Positions 21,024-30,620 of a stretch of 64,000 nt of DNA are shown one piece after another. The stretch is from contig JAWBAI010000003.1 of NCBI GenBank assembly GCA_038816475.1, forward strand, positions 32,001 to 96,000, read 5' to 3'. The notes under the pieces were generated by a model that saw only the letters and a list, made by a program, of their open reading frames with translations, had not been told where the DNA came from and made no database searches. Each line of letters starts with the position of its first letter. The stretch's first letter is position 1. Source of the stretch: Desulfurococcaceae archaeon. GTDB taxonomy: Archaea; Thermoproteota; Thermoprotei_A; Sulfolobales; Desulfurococcaceae. The position numbers and the translations under genes are program-made.

Positions 21024-21710
21024 ATGATAATACATGCCACATCAGATATCCATAGCCCCGAGAACTTACCACTATTTCTACGTGCACTGGAGAGAACATC
21101 GAGCATTCCAGAGGTGTTCATACTAGTGGGAGACATTGTTGAGAGAAACAACGTCATGGCGTTTAAACCTGTTTACGAAGCACTAAGAAAGAGGTTTCCA
21201 TCAGCAAAAATAATCGCTGTTTTCGGAAACGAGGAGTACAGAGGCTACGAGAAACTCTATGAAGGACTGTATAGGGATATTCTATGGTTGAATGACAGCT
21301 ACACGGTTTTAAACAACAATGAGCTATGCATTGTAGGAACACGAGGTGCACTGGATAAACCAACAAGCTGGCAAGCAAAGCACGTACCCGGCATTGAAAA
21401 GTACTACAGAGAGCTACCGTACAGGATAGTTAAGATGTGCGAGGAACTAAGGAAGACGAAAAACTGCAAAAAGATTGTTCTACTATCACACTACGGAGTT
21501 ACTAGCAAAAACCTACTTGGCGAGAAACAAGAGGCATACCCGTACCTAGCTTGTAGCGCGTTCGATAGAATTATAAATAGGAACATAGTAGACATGGTTA
21601 TACACGGTCATGTGCATCTAGGGAGGATTGAACTAGTCTACGTTAACGGTGTTCCTGTTTACAACGTTGCACTACCGGCTAGGCAGAAAATCGTTGAAAT
21701 ATCAATATAG
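21024..21710 (+). CDS. Calcineurin-like metallophosphoesterase
   Basis: SDIH, GD, GNEE, SH, HGHVH. Confidence 0.88.
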   Translation: MIIHATSDIHSPENLPLFLRALERTSSIPEVFILVGDIVERNNVMAFKPVYEALRKRFPSAKIIAVFGNEEYRGYEKLYEGLYRDILWLNDSYTVLNNNELCIVGTRGALDKPTSWQAKHVPGIEKYYRELPYRIVKMCEELRKTKNCKKIVLLSHYGVTSKNLLGEKQEAYPYLACSAFDRIINRNIVDMVIHGHVHLGRIELVYVNGVPVYNVALPARQKIVEISI

Positions 21711-21725
21711 TGGTTTAAGCGGATT

Positions 21726-22673
21726 CTATGTATACCCTTCGAAAGAAGCGAATGCTGCAACCAGAGTTGTTATCTCGCTAGCCCATTCAAACGTATGCTT
21801 GCCCCTTCTCAGCAAAACATCTAGCTCGATCATGAGCTTACTACACTCCGGTGTAGACATATACCCACAGGATTCAACATTATTCAAGATGCTCACGTAG
21901 CTTTGGGGGACATGAGGTTTGATCAGTTCCATGTACAGCGCTACGGTGGACATGGCTAGCTCATGGTATTTTTTATAGAGCTCACTGAGCCTCTTCAGGT
22001 ATGTGAACACCAGAACTTCACCAGTTTCTATTACCAAGAATCCACGCCACTTGGAACCTAGGACTCTGTATAAGTCGTTATAGCTTACGTTCAGCTGTAG
22101 CAAGCCTACTTCCGTGTACCCAAGGCTACTTAGATGATTGTACATGTCTTCTCGACCAACAGTTTTCAAGGTCTCGATAAACTGCTTAATTGAGCTCCAC
22201 TTGCTAATTGAATTGGCGAGTTCAAGAGCTTTCTTGAATTTAGCACTTTCCTTTACTATGCTTTCAACACCGCTAAGACCTATTGCAAAGCCCCCGATCA
22301 CTAGTGGTGTAATGTACTGGGGGTGAACGGTTCTACAGCTTCTAAAGAGCTCTTTCAGAACATTGGATAGAAGCTTGCCAATGTCTACGCTTGTGAGAAT
22401 CTGTTCTCCTCTTCTAACACTACTACCTGTTTCAAGAGCTTTCGCGAGAAACCCTACCGATGATATCAAGTTGCAAAGAACTTCGTCGTAGGTCTTACCG
22501 GGTGCAAGCCTGTGTACACCTCCGGGTTTAACGTATGCACTTAGACCAATTACAGCACCTTTTAGTAGGTCTTTTACAATCTGCAGATGCTCGTAGTTCT
22601 CGGACATGGTATCGATTACCTCCTTCATCATACTGTTGATAATCTGGTTATTTATTGTACCTAGATGAAGCAA
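21726..22673 (-). CDS. Divergent CitG-like (triphosphoribosyl-dephospho-CoA synthase family) protein
   Basis: KPGGVHR resembles CitG KPG.V.R; helical protein ending ELD..LR; start probably near 22607. Confidence 0.5.
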   Translation of the reverse strand: MLHLGTINNQIINSMMKEVIDTMSENYEHLQIVKDLLKGAVIGLSAYVKPGGVHRLAPGKTYDEVLCNLISSVGFLAKALETGSSVRRGEQILTSVDIGKLLSNVLKELFRSCRTVHPQYITPLVIGGFAIGLSGVESIVKESAKFKKALELANSISKWSSIKQFIETLKTVGREDMYNHLSSLGYTEVGLLQLNVSYNDLYRVLGSKWRGFLVIETGEVLVFTYLKRLSELYKKYHELAMSTVALYMELIKPHVPQSYVSILNNVESCGYMSTPECSKLMIELDVLLRRGKHTFEWASEITTLVAAFASFEGYT

Positions 22674-23277
22674 GCAGTTTCTCGGGGTTTAGTTCCTCGA
22701 GAAGCATAGTGAGTAGTAGTCTTGTTCTCTCGGCTAAGAGAGCTGATACCTTTCTCGAGTAATCGAAATACATGAGCTCAGGGAGTTTTAGTATCTTCTC
22801 ATGAAAATGTATCAAGGACTGCTCAAGTGTTCTTTCATTTCGTTCTCCAAATATGAAAACCCTCAAGAAGCCAACTACGCCTAGAGCGTCTAGCTTATCA
22901 GCATCGCTTATTACCTTTGCAAGGTCAGTTCTAGCTTGATGAGACTTGGAAAAGCTGTAACTGTGTGATAGAATAGCGGATGATACTTCCTCGATGAACG
23001 TACTTGCACACTCAGCCTCCATTAATAGCTCTTCGGCAACCAAGGCGGAGTAGTAAGCGTGTGGTTCTCCAATGTATCTACCTACATCATGCAAGAATAC
23101 AGCGATCTCCAGTAGAGTACTAGGTATGGAGAGCTTTTCTTCACTGGTTATCCTACGTGCCCACGCAAGTACTCTTTCAACGTGTGGGAGCCCGTGGTCA
23201 AACCTCTTGTCGTAAAGGCTCTCGGCGATTTCAAGTACAGGTTTAATCAGGCTTTCTCTACACATACCTAGGTGCAC
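22648..23277 (-). CDS. HD-domain phosphohydrolase
   Basis: DHGLPHVERV, LHDVG, H, SH, DADKLDALG. Confidence 0.9.
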   Translation of the reverse strand: MHLGMCRESLIKPVLEIAESLYDKRFDHGLPHVERVLAWARRITSEEKLSIPSTLLEIAVFLHDVGRYIGEPHAYYSALVAEELLMEAECASTFIEEVSSAILSHSYSFSKSHQARTDLAKVISDADKLDALGVVGFLRVFIFGERNERTLEQSLIHFHEKILKLPELMYFDYSRKVSALLAERTRLLLTMLLEELNPEKLLASSRYNK

Positions 23278-24124
23278 ACTCTACTAGAAGTTTGAGTAGG
23301 TTAGCCGAGATCTTGATACCATGTTTACCACTAATATCGACCAGGGCTCTTTGCACATCGAATTTTTCTTCGAGAATACTTCTTGTTATCAACCACGTAA
23401 ATGTATCCAAGTGTAGACATGGAATACCGATTTCACTACACACGATGCTCCAGGCTTCTCTAACAACACTAGCGTTTCTGCTTCGGACAAGCTCACTCGC
23501 ACACCTGTAGAGGTCCTCATTGCACTCGAAGACAAGGCAGCTGGTTAGAGATAAAACAGCGTTTCTAAAATCCACGGGTATGCTAATGCCCGTGTAGTCA
23601 GCCTCCTGTCCACAAGCATAACACAGGTAACCATACATCTTTGCGGCAAACACCACGGTTTTGCTCTCCCTGGTACTCCCAAGGATCTTCGAGAGATCGC
23701 CCACAAGACGACCTACGTTGCTACAGTATTCAAGTGGATTCACATACAGTTTAGGAACAAGAGGTGAACCAAGGATCTTCTTTACTCTTTCAAGCTTTTG
23801 CTCTAGAAGAAGTGTGTTCTTTGACCAAGTAAGAAAGTCTCTAAAGGTGAAATAATCTACGTTGTTCTTCCGAAGAGAGAAGTACTCAGCAAAGGAAAGC
23901 CAGTAATCCTCGCCCTTTACTTTCAGATTATAGCTTACAACACTGTTCAGTAGTACCAAAAGGGATGCCTCAGCGCATCCGCGTGCTTTAACCAAGTTGT
24001 CTATGGCAATGTACTGCGGGTCTTTTAGGTAGAGACTTAAGATCTGGTCTCTGTACGGTTTTAATGCTTCAGCGATAAGCCTCGCTCGCTCGTAATTTAT
24101 TTTTACCACTAATACAATCACCAT
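23258..24124 (-). CDS. Archaeal 8-oxoguanine N-glycosylase/DNA lyase (AGOG)
   Basis: DPQY, SYNL..KGEDYW..F, KTVVFAAKM (catalytic Lys), IPVDFR (catalytic Asp), LHLDTFTW; start 24124 or 24109. Confidence 0.9.
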   Translation of the reverse strand: MVIVLVVKINYERARLIAEALKPYRDQILSLYLKDPQYIAIDNLVKARGCAEASLLVLLNSVVSYNLKVKGEDYWLSFAEYFSLRKNNVDYFTFRDFLTWSKNTLLLEQKLERVKKILGSPLVPKLYVNPLEYCSNVGRLVGDLSKILGSTRESKTVVFAAKMYGYLCYACGQEADYTGISIPVDFRNAVLSLTSCLVFECNEDLYRCASELVRSRNASVVREAWSIVCSEIGIPCLHLDTFTWLITRSILEEKFDVQRALVDISGKHGIKISANLLKLLVECAPRYV

Positions 24125-24158
24125 GGAGGATATCGCGATTAAAAAGGTAAAAAATGCG

Positions 24159-24446
24159 ATGGTATCCGTTATCATACTCTGCAAGAACAACCTGGTAGTT
24201 AGCTACGAAGAGGCAACTGACGTGGTAATATACGATATGGATCTAAAGAAGAAAGTACTTACAATGAGAAAACCTCCAGATCCCAACTTGCTCGAAGACA
24301 CCATCGAGGAGTACGATGTGTGTGCTCTTATCACGTCAAGCATTTCACCCGATTACAGAGAGGTCTTCGAGGAAATGGGGGTTAAACCTATAATAGTGGA
24401 CCAGAACACATTGGACAATGTTATTAAAGAAATCTTCGTCGGATGA
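24159..24446 (+). CDS. Small NifB/NifX (FeMo-cofactor-binding)-like fold protein
   Basis: Pattern YEEA..VVIYD ... DVCALITSSI....EVFEEMGVKPI resembles COG1433-type proteins. Confidence 0.5.
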   Translation: MVSVIILCKNNLVVSYEEATDVVIYDMDLKKKVLTMRKPPDPNLLEDTIEEYDVCALITSSISPDYREVFEEMGVKPIIVDQNTLDNVIKEIFVG

Positions 24447-24745
24447 GGTACATGCCAAGTCATATCTTGATCGACATATATGACTCTACGGGGTTGCATC
24501 AGCGTAAGATAGTGGAATTTCTAAACTTAACATGCACGCAGGTGTACTCGAGCAAGAACGTGCAACTGGAAGTATACCACTGTAACGGATCACTAGTGTA
24601 CGTGCACAGAAGGGGTGATAATCTACTGATAGACATAATTGAAGGTGAAAACGTGTTCAATAAACTAGCAGAACACATACCCGTTCACCGCGTTGTTATC
24701 AGGCTAGTTGAGAGAGGTATTCCAGCAGGAGGTGAGCAAGTTTGA
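24443..24745 (+). CDS. Hypothetical protein with degenerate S-adenosylmethionine decarboxylase-like fold
   Basis: HILIDIYD ... GSLVYVH ... LLIDI ... VIRLVERG parallels the SpeD/SpeH pattern but lacks E-S-H; overlaps both neighbours by 4 nt. Confidence 0.55.
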   Translation: MRYMPSHILIDIYDSTGLHQRKIVEFLNLTCTQVYSSKNVQLEVYHCNGSLVYVHRRGDNLLIDIIEGENVFNKLAEHIPVHRVVIRLVERGIPAGGEQV

Positions 24746-25272
24746 AAAGCTTAGAGCACGAAGCAGTGTTCATACACTTTGATCCAGGTACGTGTAAGGG
24801 GTACTTGGATAAGTCGCCGATCGCGGATGAGCTAGCTAACAGATGGTTCGGCAAGTACTATCAGGATAAACTAGTACTAGAGCTTGTTGAAGTTGCATAC
24901 TTACTGTCCACGGGTAAGGTAGTAACTGGTGCTAACGGTAAGAGAATTCAAGACCTTAGCACCCTGGTATCCGAATACGCACACTGTTTTGAAGAGTTCT
25001 TCTGGCCTATGTTAACTGTTTTCAAAGACTTGAGAGAAAGAGGACGCAGGGTTAGAGTCCTAGAGCCGATGAAGTTCCTAGTGAGAGATAAAGGTAGTGA
25101 ATTAAGATTGATTTACGTTCTGGAGGAGAAGTCTTTAATACGAATAAACGATATCACGGAGATCATAAGTGAGGCTTTGAGAAACAATCTTAAAGCTACT
25201 TTAGCAATAGTTAGTCTACACGGTGAGTTAACGTATTATGAAATCTCGCAAGCCGATCTAAAGGTAGATTGA
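24742..25272 (+). CDS. tRNA-splicing endonuclease, structural (beta) subunit
   Basis: LELVEVAYLL, VFKDLRERG, LAIV..HGELTYY; the catalytic-subunit G.KFG.DF..Y and KT motifs are not evident. Confidence 0.78.
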   Translation: MKSLEHEAVFIHFDPGTCKGYLDKSPIADELANRWFGKYYQDKLVLELVEVAYLLSTGKVVTGANGKRIQDLSTLVSEYAHCFEEFFWPMLTVFKDLRERGRRVRVLEPMKFLVRDKGSELRLIYVLEEKSLIRINDITEIISEALRNNLKATLAIVSLHGELTYYEISQADLKVD

Positions 25273-25273
25273 T

Positions 25274-26569
25274 TTGAGCGAGATCTTCAATCCGCCTCGT
25301 GGTATGCGGGATATTGTCGATGAAGAGGCGGAACTCTACGAGTACTTGTTCGATGAATTCAGAAGAACAGCTAGGTCTAAGGGATTTCAACCCATAATAA
25401 CCCCGACCATAGAGTACTTCAAGCTTTTTGAAGTTAAGAGTGGTGAAGAAATAAGAAGATCAATGTATGTTTTCGAGGATAAGAGTAAAAGACTTGTAGC
25501 ATTAAGACCAGAAGTAACAGCTAGCGTTGTTAGGTCGTATGTGAGATTAATGAGAGCTAAGCCAAAACCTATAAGGCTCTACTACATAGCACAATGCTTC
25601 AGATACGAGGAGCCTCAGTACGCTAGGTACAGGGAGTTCTGGCAGGGTGGATTAGAGATAATAGGCGATCCCGATGTAAACGCCGATCTCTACGTTGCGA
25701 TCACAGCAAGCGAGTTTCTCGAGAACACTGGAGTTAAGCACTACTACAAGGTAGGAAACGTTCTCGTGTATAGAGGTTTTATGAGAAGTATGGGACTTGA
25801 AGAAGAGTTTCAAGACCACATACTACACTTAATAGATAAAGACCTCTTAGATAAAGCCATTGAGGAGCTTCAAGTAAGGATCGGAGAAGAAAACACGACC
25901 ATCTTCAAAAAATTAGTTGAAGCCGAGGACCTTTACACGGTGGAGAACATTATAGAAGACTACAAGAATAACCTAGGTGAGTACTACGAAAAGGTACGCG
26001 AGGAGCATGAGAGAACAAGAGTATTCATAGATACTCTCAGAGAGATGGGATACAGAGTAGAGTACGATGCTAAACTCGTACGTGGTCTAGCGTACTATAC
26101 TGGACTAATATTCGAGTACAAAGCTGAACACGCGAAGTTAACGCACAGTATAGGTGGTGGTGGAAGATACGATGGTTTAACCACAGTATACGGCGCTCCC
26201 TTTGAGTACTTTACTGGATTAGCTATGGGTATTGATAGAATAGCTCTTGCATTGAGAGAGACGTTTAAACCACAGAGAAAAACAAGGATTGCAATACTGG
26301 TGTTTGGAAATGCCCCCTTATCTTTGGGGTATAAAGTACTAGGACTTTTACGCTCAGAGAACTTCGAAGCAGTAGTGTACAGAGGTAGAAACCTATCTAA
26401 AGTTCTTGAGCACGCTAACAAGCTTGGATGTAATTACGCTATAATTATTGGCGAGAAGGAAGCTAGCACGGGTATGTTACTGTTGAAGAACATGAGGACA
26501 GGTGAGCAGAAGCAAGTAAATCTGAATACCATACTCGATGAGCTGAGAAAAGCTATGCATAGTGAGTAA
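25274..26569 (+). CDS. hisS: Histidyl-tRNA synthetase
   Basis: PRGMRD, LRPEVT, FRYEEPQ..RYREF, RGLAYYTG, GGGRYD. Confidence 0.96.
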   Translation: MSEIFNPPRGMRDIVDEEAELYEYLFDEFRRTARSKGFQPIITPTIEYFKLFEVKSGEEIRRSMYVFEDKSKRLVALRPEVTASVVRSYVRLMRAKPKPIRLYYIAQCFRYEEPQYARYREFWQGGLEIIGDPDVNADLYVAITASEFLENTGVKHYYKVGNVLVYRGFMRSMGLEEEFQDHILHLIDKDLLDKAIEELQVRIGEENTTIFKKLVEAEDLYTVENIIEDYKNNLGEYYEKVREEHERTRVFIDTLREMGYRVEYDAKLVRGLAYYTGLIFEYKAEHAKLTHSIGGGGRYDGLTTVYGAPFEYFTGLAMGIDRIALALRETFKPQRKTRIAILVFGNAPLSLGYKVLGLLRSENFEAVVYRGRNLSKVLEHANKLGCNYAIIIGEKEASTGMLLLKNMRTGEQKQVNLNTILDELRKAMHSE

Positions 26570-26652
26570 GCACAGTTTTACCCTAGCATCTGGCATTAAC
26601 TATGTTCACAGTTATATAAGTCCCTAGTGAATTATCACTGTTAGACTCGTAG

Positions 26653-28113
26653 TTGGTGGTTTTTATGGCAAGACTTAGGCTTGAGAAAATCAACGAGTAC
26701 GAGTGGAGAATTCCTAAGGGAGCAAAGTCTTGTATGAAAACTGATGCCATTATATTTGCTGATGAGTACCTTCTGGATAAAATGGAATCTGACCTAACAC
26801 TAGATCAAGCAGCTAACGTAGCTTGTCTTCCAAGTATTAAGCTGTACTCTTACGTAATGCCAGATGGACATCAGGGCTATGGATTCCCGATAGGTGGAGT
26901 AGCAGGGTTCGATGTCGAGGAGGGAGTAATTAGTCCTGGAGGTGTAGGCTACGATATAAACTGTGGTGTAAGAGTTCTCAGAACAAACCTGTCCGTGAAC
27001 GATATTAAGGGTAAGCTTAAGGATCTCGTGGAAGCAATCTTTAGGAACGTTCCAAGCGGTGTAGGTTCAACGGGGTACTTGAAGCTAACCATGCGTGATC
27101 TTGACGAGGTCCTGGAGTACGGTGTCAAGTGGGCTATCGAGCACGGTTATGGATGGGAAAGAGACGCTGAGCATACCGAGGAAAGAGGCTCTATGAAGGG
27201 TGCTAGAGCGGACAAAGTGAGCAGGGTTGCAAAGCAAAGAGGGCATGAGCAGCTGGGAACCCTAGGTGCCGGAAATCACTTCCTCGAGATACAGGTTGTA
27301 GATAGAATATACAACCCAAGTATCGCCGAGGCTATGGGTATAACACATGTTGGTCAAATAGCAGTAATGATACATACTGGTAGTAGAGGACTTGGTCACC
27401 AGGTTGCAAGCGATTACCTGATGATCATGGAAAGAGCTATGAGAAAATACGGTATAAGCGTACCAGACAGAGAACTGGCAGCACTCCCATTCAAGAGTCC
27501 TGAGGCACAAGATTACTTCGCAGCAATGGCTGCAGCTGCGAACTTTGCGTGGACAAACAGGCAGATAATAACTCACTGGGTAAGAGAAAGCTTTAAGCAA
27601 GTACTAAAGAAAGACCCTGAAGAGCTGGGTCTTGAAGTAATATACGATGTTGCTCACAACATAGCTAAGGTTGAAGAACACGTGATTAACGGTGAGAAGT
27701 ACAAGGTGGTTGTGCACAGAAAAGGCGCTACACGGGCATTTCCACCGGGACACCCCGATATACCGTCAGACTACAGGTCCATTGGTCAACCTGTTCTGAT
27801 ACCCGGTAGTATGGGCACAGCTAGCTACATTCTCGTGGGTATACCAGAGGGAGCTCGAACATGGTATAGTGCTCCACATGGTGCTGGAAGATGGTTAAGC
27901 AGAGGAGAAGCCATCAGATCATATTCGCCTGATAGGGTAATATCCGAGCTGAGTAGCAGAGGTATCGTTGTAAGAGCTGCCACGAAAAGGGTTGTCAGCG
28001 AGGAAGCTCCAGAAGCGTACAAGGATGTGGATAAAGTTGTATTTGTCGCTGAAAAAGTAAAAATAGCAAGACCCGTTGCGAGGCTTATACCTATTGGTGT
28101 TGTAAAGGGTTAA
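26653..28113 (+). CDS. rtcB: RNA-splicing ligase RtcB
   Basis: MPDGHQGYGFPIG, DINCG, GNHFLE, HTGSRG, HNIA, HRKGA, HGAGR; no intein. Confidence 0.97.
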   Translation: MVVFMARLRLEKINEYEWRIPKGAKSCMKTDAIIFADEYLLDKMESDLTLDQAANVACLPSIKLYSYVMPDGHQGYGFPIGGVAGFDVEEGVISPGGVGYDINCGVRVLRTNLSVNDIKGKLKDLVEAIFRNVPSGVGSTGYLKLTMRDLDEVLEYGVKWAIEHGYGWERDAEHTEERGSMKGARADKVSRVAKQRGHEQLGTLGAGNHFLEIQVVDRIYNPSIAEAMGITHVGQIAVMIHTGSRGLGHQVASDYLMIMERAMRKYGISVPDRELAALPFKSPEAQDYFAAMAAAANFAWTNRQIITHWVRESFKQVLKKDPEELGLEVIYDVAHNIAKVEEHVINGEKYKVVVHRKGATRAFPPGHPDIPSDYRSIGQPVLIPGSMGTASYILVGIPEGARTWYSAPHGAGRWLSRGEAIRSYSPDRVISELSSRGIVVRAATKRVVSEEAPEAYKDVDKVVFVAEKVKIARPVARLIPIGVVKG

Positions 28114-28358
28114 CAAGAGACAATTCTGCTGCAACCCAGTTCTTTTCCATACAAAACACAACACGTATCTTTCAAACCAGATCATCCACGAGTTTAAAGA
28201 ACTCAGCAGCTTCGTAGACTACATTATTAGAATTATTTTCGTTCGCAGATGATATCGCTGAAGCATGGCTTTGTCCAGCGTAGACATCTGTGCACTTAAC
28301 AAAGGAAAGAAAAAGGAAATATATATTTCTAAAAAGTTTTTAGTAAAACCCGAAGGGG

Positions 28359-30527
28359 GTGTATGTGAAAGGCGTTACAACCAGGACTTTGGCTATTGTC
28401 ATAGTTGTCATCGTGGTAATCGCTGTTGTAGCTATTCTCACAACAACAATGCTTCCAGCTCCAGCACCAACTCCTACACCAAGCCCCACACCGACTCCCA
28501 CTGAACTTAGATACAGTCTTCACGAGACCATACTGTACATAATAGCAGATGATGAAATGACGCGAATTCAGCTCTATAAGACTGGCGTAGCAGACATAGC
28601 CGCTATAACTCCTGCTAGATGGAAGGATCTTAATGGTACACCGGTTGACGGATTCTATTTAATACTGGAACCCGACCCTACAAAACCTAGGTTAACAATT
28701 CAATACGTACTATTCAACAACATGAAAGAACCTTTCAACATAACTGAAGTTAGACAAGCTCTCTCGTGGGCTGTTCCCTACGATACAATTCTAGAACAGA
28801 TTTTCGGAGGACTATACACCAGATTATACACCATTGTACCTAAGGGTATGTTTGGATGGACAGACTTCAACATCGTGAAGTATGAGTACGACAGAGCGAA
28901 GGCTATGGAAATAATCAACGCGCTGAAAGAGAAAGGGTTCGATCCCTCTAAGTACACTATTACAATAATTTACAACCTTGGTAATACAGCACGCGCGCAA
29001 ATAGCCGCTCTACTACAAAACGAGTGGACAAGATTAGGGTTCAAGGTCTACGTTGAAGTGTATAGTTGGCCTGAGTACTTAGACAAGGTTGATCACTTCA
29101 ATTTTGATGTCGCGTTAATTGGTTGGATACCCGACTACCTAGACCCCGACAACTACTTGATGCCGTTCGTATGGGGTGGTGCAGAGTTTAAGGACATAAA
29201 GTACTTCGTAAATGTAGCACCCAATAATGTCGGTGAATACGTAGTCAATGTAGAAAGGATTATCGAAACACCAAAGTACATTGTAGTGATAGGCCCCCAG
29301 GGCAAGGGTGCTACTTACACGGGTCCAACAAATAAACCCCTATTAGTAGTTGGATACGTTCTAGACGAGGAGGCAACAAAGAAAAACTGGGAGGAGCCTG
29401 TAGCATTTGTGAGCATAGGTGCAGCTGGCTGGAAGGATGTACCCGTTAGTGCACTATGTAAGCTCTCTCAGAAGGTGATAGACCCGGAAATTAGAGAAGC
29501 CTTGATCAACGCGGCGATCATAGTATTCAACAACGAAGCAGCAATGATCCTGCTAGGCCAGGCTATTACCGGAAGAAACTACGGTAGCTGGGTTCTAAAC
29601 ATGTACTACCCATTGACGAAGTCAGCAAGATACGACCTTGTTTACGAGCACCCTAACGCACCTGTTGTAGATACAGGTGTCAAAGGAATTAAAAACGACC
29701 CAAAGACCATGGTTATAGCAACCTTTGGTTGGCCTGACACCTTTGACCCAGCCAAGAGCTATGAGAGTTTTGGATGGGAGATATTTGACCAAATATACTC
29801 AAAGCCCATAACCTACAACTACGAAGACATTGAACCTGAGCCCGAGCTAGCTGTAGCATGGGCTTTCAGCAAAGAGCTAACAGAGCTATACCTAGTCATA
29901 AGAGGTGGTGTAGTGGCCTATGATCCATGGAATAACAGAACATACCCAATTGATGCTACAGATGTGCTATTCAGTTTATGGAGAGCGGTTAGACTTAACC
30001 TGCCTGGTGGACCTCAGTGGATGATTAGCGAGTTTATAGATGTAAATGCATCTCAGGTTATCACAGAGGAGGAGTTTCAACAAGTGGTAGCTCAAGGTCT
30101 TGTAACCACGTATCGTGGTAAAACAATAGAGGTAAAAGACATGCAAGAACTATTGTCATTCTTCAACTACACAGGGCCCACAGCTGGTGTTGTTAAGTTA
30201 CAGCTCAAGTTCCCCTACGCTCCAGTACTACATATACTAACAACAGGCGTTGCAAGTGTTATTCCGATGGAGTACGCCTTAGGTAACAACTACGAAGCTG
30301 CCCTAAGAGAGTCCAACTTCGGTAAGAACCCTGCAGCCTGGGCTAAGTATGTAATGGAAGGTCCGGATGATCCTTCACACAGACTACTAAAAGACTACCC
30401 TGTATCAACAGGACCATACTACGTCGCCGAGTATAAGGAAGGTGCATACATAATATTGAGGATAAACCCATACTACTGGAATGCTAACCTGTGGGAAACA
30501 CTTTATGGATACAAACCTACACCCTAA
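28359..30527 (+). CDS. Peptide ABC transporter substrate-binding protein (family 5), circularly permuted
   Basis: N-terminal TM anchor plus PT linker; VRQALSWA and GWIPDYLDPD occur before TFDPAKSY, PELAVAW and TGPY. Confidence 0.85.
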   Translation: MYVKGVTTRTLAIVIVVIVVIAVVAILTTTMLPAPAPTPTPSPTPTPTELRYSLHETILYIIADDEMTRIQLYKTGVADIAAITPARWKDLNGTPVDGFYLILEPDPTKPRLTIQYVLFNNMKEPFNITEVRQALSWAVPYDTILEQIFGGLYTRLYTIVPKGMFGWTDFNIVKYEYDRAKAMEIINALKEKGFDPSKYTITIIYNLGNTARAQIAALLQNEWTRLGFKVYVEVYSWPEYLDKVDHFNFDVALIGWIPDYLDPDNYLMPFVWGGAEFKDIKYFVNVAPNNVGEYVVNVERIIETPKYIVVIGPQGKGATYTGPTNKPLLVVGYVLDEEATKKNWEEPVAFVSIGAAGWKDVPVSALCKLSQKVIDPEIREALINAAIIVFNNEAAMILLGQAITGRNYGSWVLNMYYPLTKSARYDLVYEHPNAPVVDTGVKGIKNDPKTMVIATFGWPDTFDPAKSYESFGWEIFDQIYSKPITYNYEDIEPEPELAVAWAFSKELTELYLVIRGGVVAYDPWNNRTYPIDATDVLFSLWRAVRLNLPGGPQWMISEFIDVNASQVITEEEFQQVVAQGLVTTYRGKTIEVKDMQELLSFFNYTGPTAGVVKLQLKFPYAPVLHILTTGVASVIPMEYALGNNYEAALRESNFGKNPAAWAKYVMEGPDDPSHRLLKDYPVSTGPYYVAEYKEGAYIILRINPYYWNANLWETLYGYKPTP

Positions 30528-30548
30528 ATTTTTTCTTTTCTTCCTTTT
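30528..30548 (+). terminator. Oligo-T/pyrimidine archaeal terminator after the SBP gene
   Basis: ATTTTTTCTTTTCTTCCTTTT immediately after the stop codon. Confidence 0.55.
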
Positions 30549-30620
30549 GCACACTGTATACACTTTGTTTTTAAATGCTGATATTCCTAAACTAGAAGCG
30601 AGTTGAGTGGGGAGTCTTAG

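Noticed and set aside
28456-28503. Repetitive CCA/ACA-rich tract
   Set aside because: Encodes the Pro/Thr linker of the SBP; not an independent repeat.
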